Of a DNA stretch of 50,855 bases, positions 30,002-39,645 are shown in pieces (position 1 is the stretch's first letter; the number at the start of each line of letters is the position of its first letter). The DNA lies in assembly GCA_964391625.1 (NCBI GenBank), contig CAYMMP010000002.1:1-50855 (forward strand). The letters run 5' to 3'. The DNA is from an uncultured Thermoplasmatales archaeon. GTDB lineage: Archaea; Thermoplasmatota; E2; DHVEG-1. The position numbers and the translations under genes were made by a program. Below the pieces are notes generated by a model, which had not been told where the DNA came from, did not search any database, and saw only the letters and a program-made list of their open reading frames with translations.

Positions 30002-31108
30002 TTATTTATTTAGGAATATGGTTTGAGTTGGGAATGCCATCTCAATTCCTTCTTTTTCAAAGGCTTCCTTGATCTTAAAATTAATCTCCTGTTGTGTATC
30101 CCTATAAGCCACATAATCTTGAGTTTTTACATAATAAACTATTTCAAAATTTAGACTGAAATCGCCAAATTCTGTAAAATGTACGCGATCAAGTTTATAC
30201 ACATGTTCAATTTTTTCAGGATCAATAATATCTTTAATTATGGCTGGTATCTTCTTCAATTTTTTAAGAGGCGTATCATATGTTACACCGAAACCAAATG
30301 TTATTCGTCTTCGTTTCATTTTTTTGAAATTTCTAATACTTGCAGTTGTCAATTCTTTATTTGAAAGTACTAGTTCTTCCCCCTGTAAAAGTTGCATTCT
30401 TGTCGATTTCATTCCAATTTTTGTAACTGTACCAGCATAGTCACCAACAATAATAAAATCTCCAATTTCAAATGGCTTGTCAAAGTAAATTGAAAAGGCA
30501 CTAAAGAAGTCGCTAAGTAGGTTTTGTAGTGCAAAACCAATGACAATTGCTGTAGCAGCTCCACCTATTGCTAAGCCAGTTAGATCAATACCTGCTAGAG
30601 CCATAAATACAAAAAACGCAATTAAATAAATAATAGCGTTAAAAATTCCTCTAAACACATATAAAATGTGTCGACTTACTTTCTTTTTACGTTCTTGTCT
30701 TTCTGCATACCAAGCAAAAAGTACATTTGTAACTCTAGTAAAAATATAGGCAATTAATAATATCGTGATAAACAAAAAGATGTTTGTGATATCCTTTTTA
30801 ATCGACGGGGAAAACTCTTGGTAAATGCTTAAATTATAAACGAAAAAATTAATACCAAAGAATAGAACTAATATGTAAACCGGCCTTTTTACATTTTTTA
30901 ATATTTCATCATCAATTGTTGTTTTAGTTTTCTGTGCCCATTTTTTGAAATAGTGCTCAAAGAGATGATTAAGTAGCCATCCAAAAATTAAAAATCCAAT
31001 AAGTACTAGAATAGAAACTATTAGACTTGCTTCAAATTCAGTTAGTCCAAAGTTTTCAAATATTTGATTTACTGAAGATAATCCTTCTTGAATATCAATA
31101 TTTGCCAT
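30002..31108 (-). CDS. MscS-family mechanosensitive channel
   Basis: It has N-terminal TM helices followed by PFEIGDFIIVGDYAGTVTKIGMKSTRMQ, the typical MscS beta-domain. Confidence 0.85.
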   Translation of the reverse strand: MANIDIQEGLSSVNQIFENFGLTEFEASLIVSILVLIGFLIFGWLLNHLFEHYFKKWAQKTKTTIDDEILKNVKRPVYILVLFFGINFFVYNLSIYQEFSPSIKKDITNIFLFITILLIAYIFTRVTNVLFAWYAERQERKKKVSRHILYVFRGIFNAIIYLIAFFVFMALAGIDLTGLAIGGAATAIVIGFALQNLLSDFFSAFSIYFDKPFEIGDFIIVGDYAGTVTKIGMKSTRMQLLQGEELVLSNKELTTASIRNFKKMKRRRITFGFGVTYDTPLKKLKKIPAIIKDIIDPEKIEHVYKLDRVHFTEFGDFSLNFEIVYYVKTQDYVAYRDTQQEINFKIKEAFEKEGIEMAFPTQTIFLNK

Positions 31109-31242
31109 TTTAATCGTAACCCCCTAAAAATAGAGGTATTATTTAAGTTTTAGTCTAACTTTAAATCTAAGATATTAGGAAAATTAATACATAATGAGTT
31201 GATACGGATAATTCACATTCCACTTGTAGGGAGGAATATCTT

Positions 31243-32766
31243 ATGACAATAGTCGTAGACGGAACTGGACTTACAGTTGAAAAAGTAGTGAAAGTTGCAA
31301 GATACAAAGAGAAAATAAAACTTCACCCTGATGCGCTTAAGCGTATCAAAACCTGTAGAGCAATGCTCGAAAAGAAAATCAAAGCTAAAGAAATAATGTA
31401 CGGGGTAAACACAGGAATAGGTGAGTTGTCAGAGATAGTTCTAACAGAGAAACAGGTGAAAGAATTTCAAAAATATCTGATCTATAATCACTCAGCTGGA
31501 GTTGGTGATCCAGCACCTATAGAATATGTGAGAGGTGCAATGCTAGGTAGAATTAACGTTCATGCACATGGACAGTCTGGTTGCCGACCTGAAATAACAC
31601 AAACACTAGTCGAAATGTTAAACAAAGATGTAACACCTTTTGTTTGTCAAAAGGGATCTGTAGGAGCATGCGGAGATCTTGCTCCAATGTCACAAATCGC
31701 ATTATTAATGCTTGGAGAGGGAAAGGCGTACTATAGAGGTAAATTGCTAAATGGCAAAGAAGCGATGAAAAGAGCGGGGATTGAAATACCTGGCCTAAAA
31801 GCAAGAGACGGATTGGCAATAATCAATGGATCAAACTTTCTTACTGCTATGAGCGCCATATTTTTGTATGATGCAAATAGATTTCTAAAGCAAGCGGAAA
31901 TCGCAGCAGCTATGTCACTAGAAGCATTGAAAGCAAATATGAAGCCATATACTCCAAAGCTTCATGAAGCTCGAGGTTTTCCTGGAGCAATAAAAAGCGC
32001 TAAAGCAATTGAAAAGTTAATAAAAGAAGGAGACCTTCAAAAGGGCAAGATAGAATGTAAGATTCAAGATGCATATTCCATGAGATCAACCCCACAGGTT
32101 ATCGGAACTGCTCGTGATGCACTGGAATTTGCTAAAAAACAAGTAGAAATAGAATTAAATGGTGTTGGGGACAATCCAGTATTTTTCCCCAAGGAAGATT
32201 TGCAGTTATCTGGAGCGAACTTCCAAGGGACGCCTGTTTCACTACCAATGGATATGGCAGGCACTGCAATCACAATGGTATGTGTAATGTCCGAGCGTAG
32301 AATGAATAGATTGAACAATCCTGCTCTAAGTGTTGGACTGCCTGCTTTTTTAACTAAAGGTGCTGGCATGTTCTCAGGCTTGATGCTGAGTCAGTACACA
32401 GCTGATATGTTGATTGTCGAGCAAAAAATACTTTCAGCCCCTGCATCAATTCAATCCATACCTGCAGCAGCAGATCAGGAAGATTTTGTTTCAATGGGAA
32501 TGAACACATCAATCAAAAACTTTCAGATATTGGACAATGCCTATGCAATTCTTGGGATAGAGTTTATGGCTGCAGCTCAAGCACTAGATCTTAGAGAGTA
32601 TAAATTTGGTAAAGGAGTAACCAAGGCAAAAGAAGTAATTAGAAAACATGTAAAATTCTTAGATAAAGATAGACCACTCTATCCAGATCATACTAAGATG
32701 AAAGAACTAGTAAAATCCTGTGAAATTTTAGAAGAAGTGGAAAAGACAGTGGGAAGTTTAGGATAA
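31243..32766 (+). CDS. hutH: Histidine ammonia-lyase (MIO-dependent), with Ala-Cys-Gly at the MIO triad
   Basis: GSVGACGDLAPMS (canonical GSVGASGDLAPL), QDAYSMRS and NFQG are present. Codon 143 is TGC at 31669-31671. Confidence 0.85.
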   Translation: MTIVVDGTGLTVEKVVKVARYKEKIKLHPDALKRIKTCRAMLEKKIKAKEIMYGVNTGIGELSEIVLTEKQVKEFQKYLIYNHSAGVGDPAPIEYVRGAMLGRINVHAHGQSGCRPEITQTLVEMLNKDVTPFVCQKGSVGACGDLAPMSQIALLMLGEGKAYYRGKLLNGKEAMKRAGIEIPGLKARDGLAIINGSNFLTAMSAIFLYDANRFLKQAEIAAAMSLEALKANMKPYTPKLHEARGFPGAIKSAKAIEKLIKEGDLQKGKIECKIQDAYSMRSTPQVIGTARDALEFAKKQVEIELNGVGDNPVFFPKEDLQLSGANFQGTPVSLPMDMAGTAITMVCVMSERRMNRLNNPALSVGLPAFLTKGAGMFSGLMLSQYTADMLIVEQKILSAPASIQSIPAAADQEDFVSMGMNTSIKNFQILDNAYAILGIEFMAAAQALDLREYKFGKGVTKAKEVIRKHVKFLDKDRPLYPDHTKMKELVKSCEILEEVEKTVGSLG

Positions 32767-32770
32767 AAGA

Positions 32771-34420
32771 TTATTTCAGCATCGGAGCTTTTATCTCTTT
32801 TTTCTTTATAAGTTCAATGGATTCATCATATCCAGCATCAGCATGTCTAATAATACCTATACCTGGATCTGTTTTAAAAACGCGCTTGATTCTTTCATCA
32901 GTTTCTTCTGTGCCATCACACACAACCACCATCCCTGCGTGAGTGGATAGGCCAATACCTACTCCCCCACCATTGTGTATTTGGACGCTATCTGCTCCAG
33001 CTGAACAGTTTAATAGTGCATTTAAAAGAGGCCAATCAGCAATTACATCGCTACCATCCTTCATACTCTCAGTCTCACGATAAGGAGAAGCAACACTACC
33101 GGTATCAAGATGATCTCTCGTGATAGCTATAGGGCCAATGTCTCCATTTCTGACCATTTTATTGATTTCAAGAGCAAACTTATCGCGCTCTCCATATCCT
33201 AACCAACAAACTCTAGCAGGCAATCCTTCCCAAGGAAGGTGCTCCTCTGCAAGATTTATCCAATTAATCAAAACATCGTCTTCTGGAAACATCTCAACGA
33301 CTTTCTTATCTGTTTTTAGAATATCTTCCGGATTACCAGACAATGCAAGCCAACGGAAAGGACCTCGACCAACAGCAAGCATTGGGCGAACATAAGCAGG
33401 TACAAAACCAGGATAATCAAAAGCATTTTTCAAGCCAGCTTTTAAAGCCTGACCTCTTAAGTTGTTACCATAGTCAAACACAATAGAACCGCTCTTCTGA
33501 AAATCAAGCATAGCTTTACAATGATTCTTCATACTCTCCATAGATCTCTTGATATATTCTTTAGGGTTGCTCTCTCTTAACTCTAAACCCTCCTTAAGAG
33601 AGCCTCCAAAATATCCTGCAGGTACATAACCATTAAGCTCGTCATGGGCAGAGGTTTGATCAGTTACAACATCGGGTTTAAAACCTTGCTTTACGAGAAG
33701 CGGATGGGTATCTGCACAGTTGCCTAGAAGACCAATAGCAAGTGCCTTACCTTCACTTTTAGCATTATCAGCTATACTCACTGCCTCAGCCATATCTTTA
33801 ACCTTGAGATCACAGAATCCCGCTTTCAAACGCCTATCAATTCGTTTCTCATCACATTCAACTGCAATACATACACCACCAGCCATCTTAACTGCTAGGG
33901 GTTGAGCACCGCCCATTCCTCCAACACCGCCAGTTAAAACAATCTTCCCCCCAAGATTACTCTTAAAATGCTTCTTTGCTAAAGAGGAAAAGGCCTCATA
34001 TGTTCCTTGAATAATGCCCTGAGTACCAATATAACACCATGAACCCGCAGTCATCTGACCGTACATGATAAGACCAAGACGCTCTAACTCATAGAACTTC
34101 TCCCAGTTACTCCAATGTGGTACAATATTAGAATTAGCCATTACAACTCTAGGGGAGTTAGTCCACGTCTTGAAGACAGCAACAGGCTTACCCGATTGAA
34201 TAACCATTGTTTCATCGTTTTCAAGTTTTTTTAGGGTTTTAACAATCTTTTCATAACATTTCCAGTTACGAGCAGCCTTACCTGTACCGCCATATATGAT
34301 AAGCTCTTCTGGAATCTCAGCATTTTCCAAGTTATTTTCAAGCATTCTAAGGATTGCTTCTTGTTTCCAACCCTTACATCTAAGCTTCATCCCTGTAGTT
34401 GCCTTTATCTTACTCCCCAT
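32771..34420 (-). CDS. hutU: Urocanate hydratase
   Basis: It has [10 protein letters not shown], an NAD-binding urocanase core and a length of about 550 aa. I prefer the ATG at 34420 over the track TTG at 34435. Confidence 0.9.
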   Translation of the reverse strand: MGSKIKATTGMKLRCKGWKQEAILRMLENNLENAEIPEELIIYGGTGKAARNWKCYEKIVKTLKKLENDETMVIQSGKPVAVFKTWTNSPRVVMANSNIVPHWSNWEKFYELERLGLIMYGQMTAGSWCYIGTQGIIQGTYEAFSSLAKKHFKSNLGGKIVLTGGVGGMGGAQPLAVKMAGGVCIAVECDEKRIDRRLKAGFCDLKVKDMAEAVSIADNAKSEGKALAIGLLGNCADTHPLLVKQGFKPDVVTDQTSAHDELNGYVPAGYFGGSLKEGLELRESNPKEYIKRSMESMKNHCKAMLDFQKSGSIVFDYGNNLRGQALKAGLKNAFDYPGFVPAYVRPMLAVGRGPFRWLALSGNPEDILKTDKKVVEMFPEDDVLINWINLAEEHLPWEGLPARVCWLGYGERDKFALEINKMVRNGDIGPIAITRDHLDTGSVASPYRETESMKDGSDVIADWPLLNALLNCSAGADSVQIHNGGGVGIGLSTHAGMVVVCDGTEETDERIKRVFKTDPGIGIIRHADAGYDESIELIKKKEIKAPMLK

Positions 34421-34477
34421 AAGAATCAAGCACAATATCTAAGAAGTCTACTTAAAACTTTTTTAAGATAATTAAAA

Positions 34478-34549
34478 GGGAAGGACGGCTGGCCTCACTA
34501 GGAGGGGATGGGATGCACTCTAACAAAAACTACCAGCCCGATTCCTTCC
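34478..34549. repeat. Conserved intergenic element, copy 1: 20-mer TAGGAGGGGATGGGATGCAC + 11-mer AAACTACCAGC inside a long-range stem
   Basis: The 20-mer at 34499-34518 and the 11-mer at 34527-34537 recur exactly at 49347-49366 and 49404-49414. The flanking arms GGAAGGA-CGGCTGG (34479-34492) and CCAGCCCG..TCCTTCC (34533-34549) are complementary. Confidence 0.5.
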
Positions 34550-34595
34550 ACTTATACAAATGTCAAACATATATATATGTTTTTCGCCAAAAAGC

Positions 34596-34811
34596 CTAAA
34601 TAAGTGAGATGCTGACTACGTTATTTCCTCTTAGAATGATGGTCCCAAGACGTCTTTTATTATCTTCAAAAGTTTCCTCCACATCAGATAGAACCATATT
34701 CATATACTCATCGTAACCTGCTAGTTTGCCCTCTAAAACCCTTCCATCTTTTAATAAAAGAGAAAGTTTCTGATTCAACGATTTCTCCAGAACATCTAAT
34801 GGTAATGCCAT
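34596..34811 (-). CDS. Archaeal Sm-like (LSm) protein
   Basis: Sm1/Sm2 are present: [27 protein letters not shown] ... [10 protein letters not shown]. Confidence 0.9.
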   Translation of the reverse strand: MALPLDVLEKSLNQKLSLLLKDGRVLEGKLAGYDEYMNMVLSDVEETFEDNKRRLGTIILRGNNVVSISLI

Positions 34812-34929
34812 AGGAGAAGGTGAAATATATCATCCTTTTTAAACTATTCCCTTAAACTTAATTTTTAAAATGATAACAGTTAAATGGGGCATGTCGATTA
34901 CAAAACTGCCCATAAGGGGAGGTAAATCC

Positions 34930-36000
34930 ATGTCAAATGGAAATGTTGTCCATGTGGTAGGCACAGGTACTATAGGAGAACCTTTGATTGGACTTTTATG
35001 TGATGCACAAAAAGATCTTGGAATTGATGAAATTACCTTTTATAAACACAGCCCCAATCTAATAGACAAACCTAAAGTAAAGGCCTTGATAAAAAGAGGA
35101 GCAAATCTGGCAGTAAGCCCAGATAAAACCAATGATTTTCGAGAACTTGGTATAGAACCAATGTACGAAACAGAAGAGGCTATTAAACGTGCATCTGTCG
35201 TAGTGGATTGTACACCAAAAGGTACAGGGTTGGCGAATAAGGAGAAATACTACAACAAGTACAAAAACAGGATTAAAGGATTTCTAGCACAGGGATCAGA
35301 GTTTGGCTTTGGAAAAATGTATGCAGTTGGAATTAACGACGAAGCTATAACTCCTAAAGATAAATTCATACATATAGTAAGTTGTAATACACACAATGTA
35401 GCTGTATTAATTAAAACCTTAGCAATGGGAGAAAACAACAAAAATAATCTTAAGGAAGGACGGTTCCTTTGCATTAGAAGAGCAAATGATATTAGCCAAT
35501 CTAAGAGCTTTATACCATCACCTGAAGTAGGGACGCATAAAGATCCAAAAATGGGTACGCATCATGCAGTTGATGTTTATCATCTCTATAAAACACTTGG
35601 AATTGAACTTAATGTTTTTTCGAGTGCTATGAAACTAAATACACAATATATGCACGCCATATGGTATGATCTGAAACTTAACAAAAAAACATCTATAGAT
35701 GAAGTAAAACAAAAATTTATAGACAATCCTCGAGTTGCAGTAACTAACAAAAAATCAGCAAACCTAGTTTTTTCCTTTGGAAGGGATCATGGACATTATG
35801 GCAGACTACTCAATCAAACTGTTGCAGTTTTACCAACCATTCATGTAATAAATGATAACGAGGCGATAGGCTTCTGTTTCACACCACAAGATGGCAATTC
35901 ACTGCTTAGTAGTGTCACAGCAACGGCCCGGTTCTTATACCCAGAATGTTACGAAGAAAAAGTGAAATGTCTGTGGCCGTTTTTACTACAAGAAGTATAA
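34930..36000 (+). CDS. Divergent type II (archaeal) GAPDH-like dehydrogenase
   Basis: I chose the start at ATG 34930, after GGGGAGG. It has the Rossmann motif VVGTGTIGEP, VVDCTPKGTG and VSCNTHN (archaeal GAPDH has SCNTT), plus RRAND and THHAVDV blocks parallel to archaeal GAPDH. Confidence 0.5.
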   Translation: MSNGNVVHVVGTGTIGEPLIGLLCDAQKDLGIDEITFYKHSPNLIDKPKVKALIKRGANLAVSPDKTNDFRELGIEPMYETEEAIKRASVVVDCTPKGTGLANKEKYYNKYKNRIKGFLAQGSEFGFGKMYAVGINDEAITPKDKFIHIVSCNTHNVAVLIKTLAMGENNKNNLKEGRFLCIRRANDISQSKSFIPSPEVGTHKDPKMGTHHAVDVYHLYKTLGIELNVFSSAMKLNTQYMHAIWYDLKLNKKTSIDEVKQKFIDNPRVAVTNKKSANLVFSFGRDHGHYGRLLNQTVAVLPTIHVINDNEAIGFCFTPQDGNSLLSSVTATARFLYPECYEEKVKCLWPFLLQEV

Positions 36001-36055
36001 ACACAAATTAGTTTAACTTAAAACCATTTCAATTTTTCTATTATTGACTAAGCAA

Positions 36056-37321
36056 ATGATGGTCATGAACACAGAAAGTAAAACGATAAGAGATCCAATT
36101 CATGGAGACATAAAAATCAAAGGAATTTTTCTTGAGTTAATTGAAGCTCCGGAAATTCAAAGACTATATAATATTAAACAATTGGGGCTAGCGCACCTTG
36201 TTTTTCCTGGTGCACACCATACAAGACTCGAGCATTCTTTAGGCGCTTATCATATGGCTGTTAGAGTCGGCGAAAATTTGAATCTTGACAAAGATGAAAA
36301 AGAACTTTTATCTTGCGCAGCTATGCTACATGATATAGGCCATGGTCCTTTTTCCCACACTCTAGAATCACTTTTAAGAGATTCCTTGAATGTTGACCAT
36401 GTTGATTTAACAGAAGAGTTGATTTTCGGCAAACATGAAATATTTGAAGCTGAAGAAAAAAAGTTTGTAGCTTCACAAAATGTTTTTGATATTTTGACTA
36501 ATCACGATATCGAACATGAAAAGGTATCTGACATTATAAGGGGCAAAAAAAGTGAAAAGAATTATCTAAATCAACTTTTAAACAGCTCTATAGATGTTGA
36601 TCAACTTGACTATCTGATTAGGGATGCCTATTACACCGGGGTCTCTTATGGCTTAATTGACATTGAGCGTTTCTTACAGACATTGACTATCAATAATAAT
36701 AGCCTAGCAGTACGTAAAAAGGGCGTAGGCGTTGTTGAAAATATTCTAATGGCAAGGACTTTGATGTACTCATCCGTATATTTCCATAAAACAGTTCGTA
36801 TAGGGGAACTAATGCTTTCAAAAGCCATTGAACTTATAAAAGACGTTGAACCCTATGAATTCTTTAAAATGACAGATGGAGAGCTGTTAAATTATTTAAA
36901 AAATAAAGGGACGTATCAGAGTGAGATAGCTATTCGTTTGAAATATAGGAATTTGTTTAAACAGGCATATACAGAATCTAAATCTAGTTTGGATGCAGAA
37001 TCCATAAGTATTGTTAAAAAATTAGACGATGTGCATTTTAAAAGAGAAAAAGAAATAGATTTTGAAAATAAACTTAACATTCCAAGGGGCCATATCATAA
37101 TAGATGCCCCTTATACTGAATTACATTTATCTGAGCCGCGGATTGAGCAAACAGATATTATCATCGTTGATGGTGAAAAAACTAAAAATTTGATAGATTA
37201 CACGCCCATAGGTGAGGCAGTAAAATCGAGAACTATCCCAGATTGGTTTGTTATGATCATAACAGACGAGAAGTACAGAGACATAGTGGCAAAAAATGCT
37301 AATAAGATATTATTTAGCTAA
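36056..37321 (+). CDS. HD-domain phosphohydrolase (dNTP triphosphohydrolase-like)
   Basis: Motifs RLEHSLGAYHM, LHDIGHGPFSH and DVDQLDYLIRDAYYTG are present. Confidence 0.8.
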   Translation: MMVMNTESKTIRDPIHGDIKIKGIFLELIEAPEIQRLYNIKQLGLAHLVFPGAHHTRLEHSLGAYHMAVRVGENLNLDKDEKELLSCAAMLHDIGHGPFSHTLESLLRDSLNVDHVDLTEELIFGKHEIFEAEEKKFVASQNVFDILTNHDIEHEKVSDIIRGKKSEKNYLNQLLNSSIDVDQLDYLIRDAYYTGVSYGLIDIERFLQTLTINNNSLAVRKKGVGVVENILMARTLMYSSVYFHKTVRIGELMLSKAIELIKDVEPYEFFKMTDGELLNYLKNKGTYQSEIAIRLKYRNLFKQAYTESKSSLDAESISIVKKLDDVHFKREKEIDFENKLNIPRGHIIIDAPYTELHLSEPRIEQTDIIIVDGEKTKNLIDYTPIGEAVKSRTIPDWFVMIITDEKYRDIVAKNANKILFS

Positions 37322-37590
37322 AAAGTAATGAGGAGAGAATGGGGAAGATGAAGGTGGTGAGGAGAGATTTTTTAATAAAAATCTAATCATCAATCCTCCC
37401 CATTCACAATAAATATATAAAAAGTTAGTATATAAATTTTATTATAGAATGGTTTTTTACAGTACAAATATAATTAAATTTTATAATCGTTAAAACTACA
37501 TAATATTTTTTTAAATAATTTTAGCAAAATATATTTTTAAAAAGTTGATTTTTGTATTTGCAAAATTATTTTAAACGCTTATCAATTTAC

Positions 37591-37947
37591 ATGATTCTTG
37601 ATACAATGGAGCAAAATATAGTCCAATTCATTACCGACAACATACTGTTTTTTTTACCACTGGTAACAATCGGCATAGTATCAACTATTATATTGTATTT
37701 TACAGGAAAAAAAGATGATAAAAACAGAGATAACAAAGATGCTGATTTTCATATTATTCTGCTCAACAGAAACTTTAATTATTTTTTCTTAATATATTTA
37801 TTTATCTTTTTTATGATGATGCTAATAGGTTTTCTATCTAAATTCTATCTGGCAACAATTATTGGGGGGTGTATCGCAGTTATCCCTAGCATTGTACTAC
37901 TGTTGGTAGAATATACAGCAATTTTAAATAAGGAGAACGCTTTATGA
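37591..37947 (+). CDS. Small hypothetical membrane protein, first gene of the isoprenoid operon
   Basis: It has 3 hydrophobic helices. The start is uncertain (TTG 37552, ATG 37591 or ATG 37606). Its stop overlaps the next start (ATGA). Confidence 0.45.
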   Translation: MILDTMEQNIVQFITDNILFFLPLVTIGIVSTIILYFTGKKDDKNRDNKDADFHIILLNRNFNYFFLIYLFIFFMMMLIGFLSKFYLATIIGGCIAVIPSIVLLLVEYTAILNKENAL

Positions 37948-38621
37948 TATACCTCAAAATCAATCAAAATTTTGGAGAGCAAACTCAATTTTTATTTTTC
38001 TTCATTATTACAATTTTAATCGTTTGGTTGGTACTCGTACTTTTTTCTTATAGAAGATATGGTTGGAAAAGAACCACCATGTATTTTTTACCAATGATAA
38101 TCGCAGCACTATTTATTGAATCTGCAGGTGTTGCAAGTGGCAGATACTACTACCCAGGATATTTGTTGTATCTGTCAGTTGTTGGCGGTGGTGTTCCATT
38201 GATTATTGTTCTTGCATGGAGTGCGAATTTATTCTTATTTTTACATATTGGAAAATATGTTACTTTAAAATTTTATGACAGGCACAATTATCTTCAAATT
38301 ATTTTAATATCTTTTTTAGCTGGAATCATTGGAGTTTGTCTCGATTTATTGGAAGATCCAATTGCCCACCATAATAATTGGTGGATATGGGCAGGCTCTT
38401 TAAGGGGTGTAAAATTTTTCGAAGTACCAATAATAAATTTTGTAGGATGGTTCTATTTGATATTTTTTATGTCAGTTGCAACAATATTAATCGAACGATC
38501 TAGTTTTTCAGAAAATAGAAAGGTCTTGATTTCTATTTCATCAATTTCAATTACGGGAATCGTAATATTTTTAACACATGGAGCAACGCTAAAATTGTTT
38601 CAAATGATTGGATTGGCATGA
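37944..38621 (+). CDS. Polytopic membrane protein resembling the 'carotenoid biosynthesis protein' family that includes CruF hydratase
   Basis: ESAGVASGRYYYPGY...GGVPLIIVLAWS and LDLLEDPIAHHNNWWIW...EVPIINFVGWFYLIFF match the pattern I recall for that family. This needs HMM confirmation. Confidence 0.5.
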   Translation: MIYLKINQNFGEQTQFLFFFIITILIVWLVLVLFSYRRYGWKRTTMYFLPMIIAALFIESAGVASGRYYYPGYLLYLSVVGGGVPLIIVLAWSANLFLFLHIGKYVTLKFYDRHNYLQIILISFLAGIIGVCLDLLEDPIAHHNNWWIWAGSLRGVKFFEVPIINFVGWFYLIFFMSVATILIERSSFSENRKVLISISSISITGIVIFLTHGATLKLFQMIGLA

Positions 38622-38659
38622 GTTAAAGTAATAAAGGGAATTATATATTCCAAAAACTA

Positions 38660-39592
38660 ATGAATATTACTAAATTAATTATTGCTTGGGTAAAAATGAT
38701 TAGGCCTCCCATTCTTTTTCTTTGTTGTTTTGGAGCTTTGGTCGGGGCTTTAAACTCAGCAGTATTTTTAGGTGAAAGTCTATCAGTTTTTCAAATGATT
38801 ATGATACTTCTTGCACCTGCTTTTTTATCAACTGGAACTATGATACATAACGATGTTCCAGATCTTGATTCAGATAAAATAAATAGACCAAATAAACCAA
38901 TACCCTCAGGAATAATAAAAGAAAGAACTGCTTATTTTGTAGGATTATTTTTGATGTTTTTTTCAATTATTTTAGCATTATTCGTAAATTATAAGGACCA
39001 TGGCGAATTGAATTGGACATGCGCAATTTTAACGGCGTTTCTTGTCTTTGTTGGTATATATTACAACTATTGTGGGAAGCTTCATGGAATATTTGGGCAT
39101 ATAGCCGTAGCAATAGGTGTTGGAGCAATACCTTATTGGGGTGCAATAGCTGCATTTCCAAATGAAGTTTTTTTAATGTTGCCTTTAGGAATTGCAATTT
39201 TTTTCCAAGAAGTTGGAAGAGAGATAATGGTCTGTGTTGGAGACTATGTTGGAGATCTAAAAGCAGGATGGAAAACAACTCCTGTGAAACTCGGAAGAAA
39301 AAAGTCAATGCATGTTGCCCTAATATTTTATTTGATATTTATTCCATTGTACCCTCTACCGGCTTTTGATTATCTTAATATTGGCGTTCCACAGATTTTT
39401 GGTAAGTTTTATTTGATTGGTGGAACTTTATTAGCTATAACTTTGTTATTAACTTGGTTTTTAAGCTATTTGGCGGTACTAACTAAAGATGAAAAAAAGA
39501 TATGGAATGCATTTGAAAGATATGAAAGAATTGGAACTAGAGCAGTGATAATTGTTTTCCAGATATTCATATTTTTAGAAATATTTTATTGA
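38660..39592 (+). CDS. UbiA-superfamily prenyltransferase, paralogue 1
   Basis: Asp-rich motif 1 is HNDVPDLDSDKINRPNKPIPSG and motif 2 is VGDYVGDLKAGWKTTPV. It has about 8-9 TM helices. Confidence 0.8.
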   Translation: MNITKLIIAWVKMIRPPILFLCCFGALVGALNSAVFLGESLSVFQMIMILLAPAFLSTGTMIHNDVPDLDSDKINRPNKPIPSGIIKERTAYFVGLFLMFFSIILALFVNYKDHGELNWTCAILTAFLVFVGIYYNYCGKLHGIFGHIAVAIGVGAIPYWGAIAAFPNEVFLMLPLGIAIFFQEVGREIMVCVGDYVGDLKAGWKTTPVKLGRKKSMHVALIFYLIFIPLYPLPAFDYLNIGVPQIFGKFYLIGGTLLAITLLLTWFLSYLAVLTKDEKKIWNAFERYERIGTRAVIIVFQIFIFLEIFY

Positions 39593-39645
39593 TTGCCATA
39601 TATAATCAGAAAAACTCATATAAATATTGGAAGTAATATCATTGT

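Noticed and set aside
34499-34590. Small peptide encoded by the conserved element (an SD-like GGAGG followed by ATGGGATG could start a micro-ORF).
   Set aside because: The two copies give unrelated peptides: MGCTLTK.../MHSNKNYQP... at 34.5 kb versus MGCTPN*/MHPKLKGALG... at 49.35 kb. The shared 11-mer is also read in different frames, so nucleotide-level conservation explains it better.
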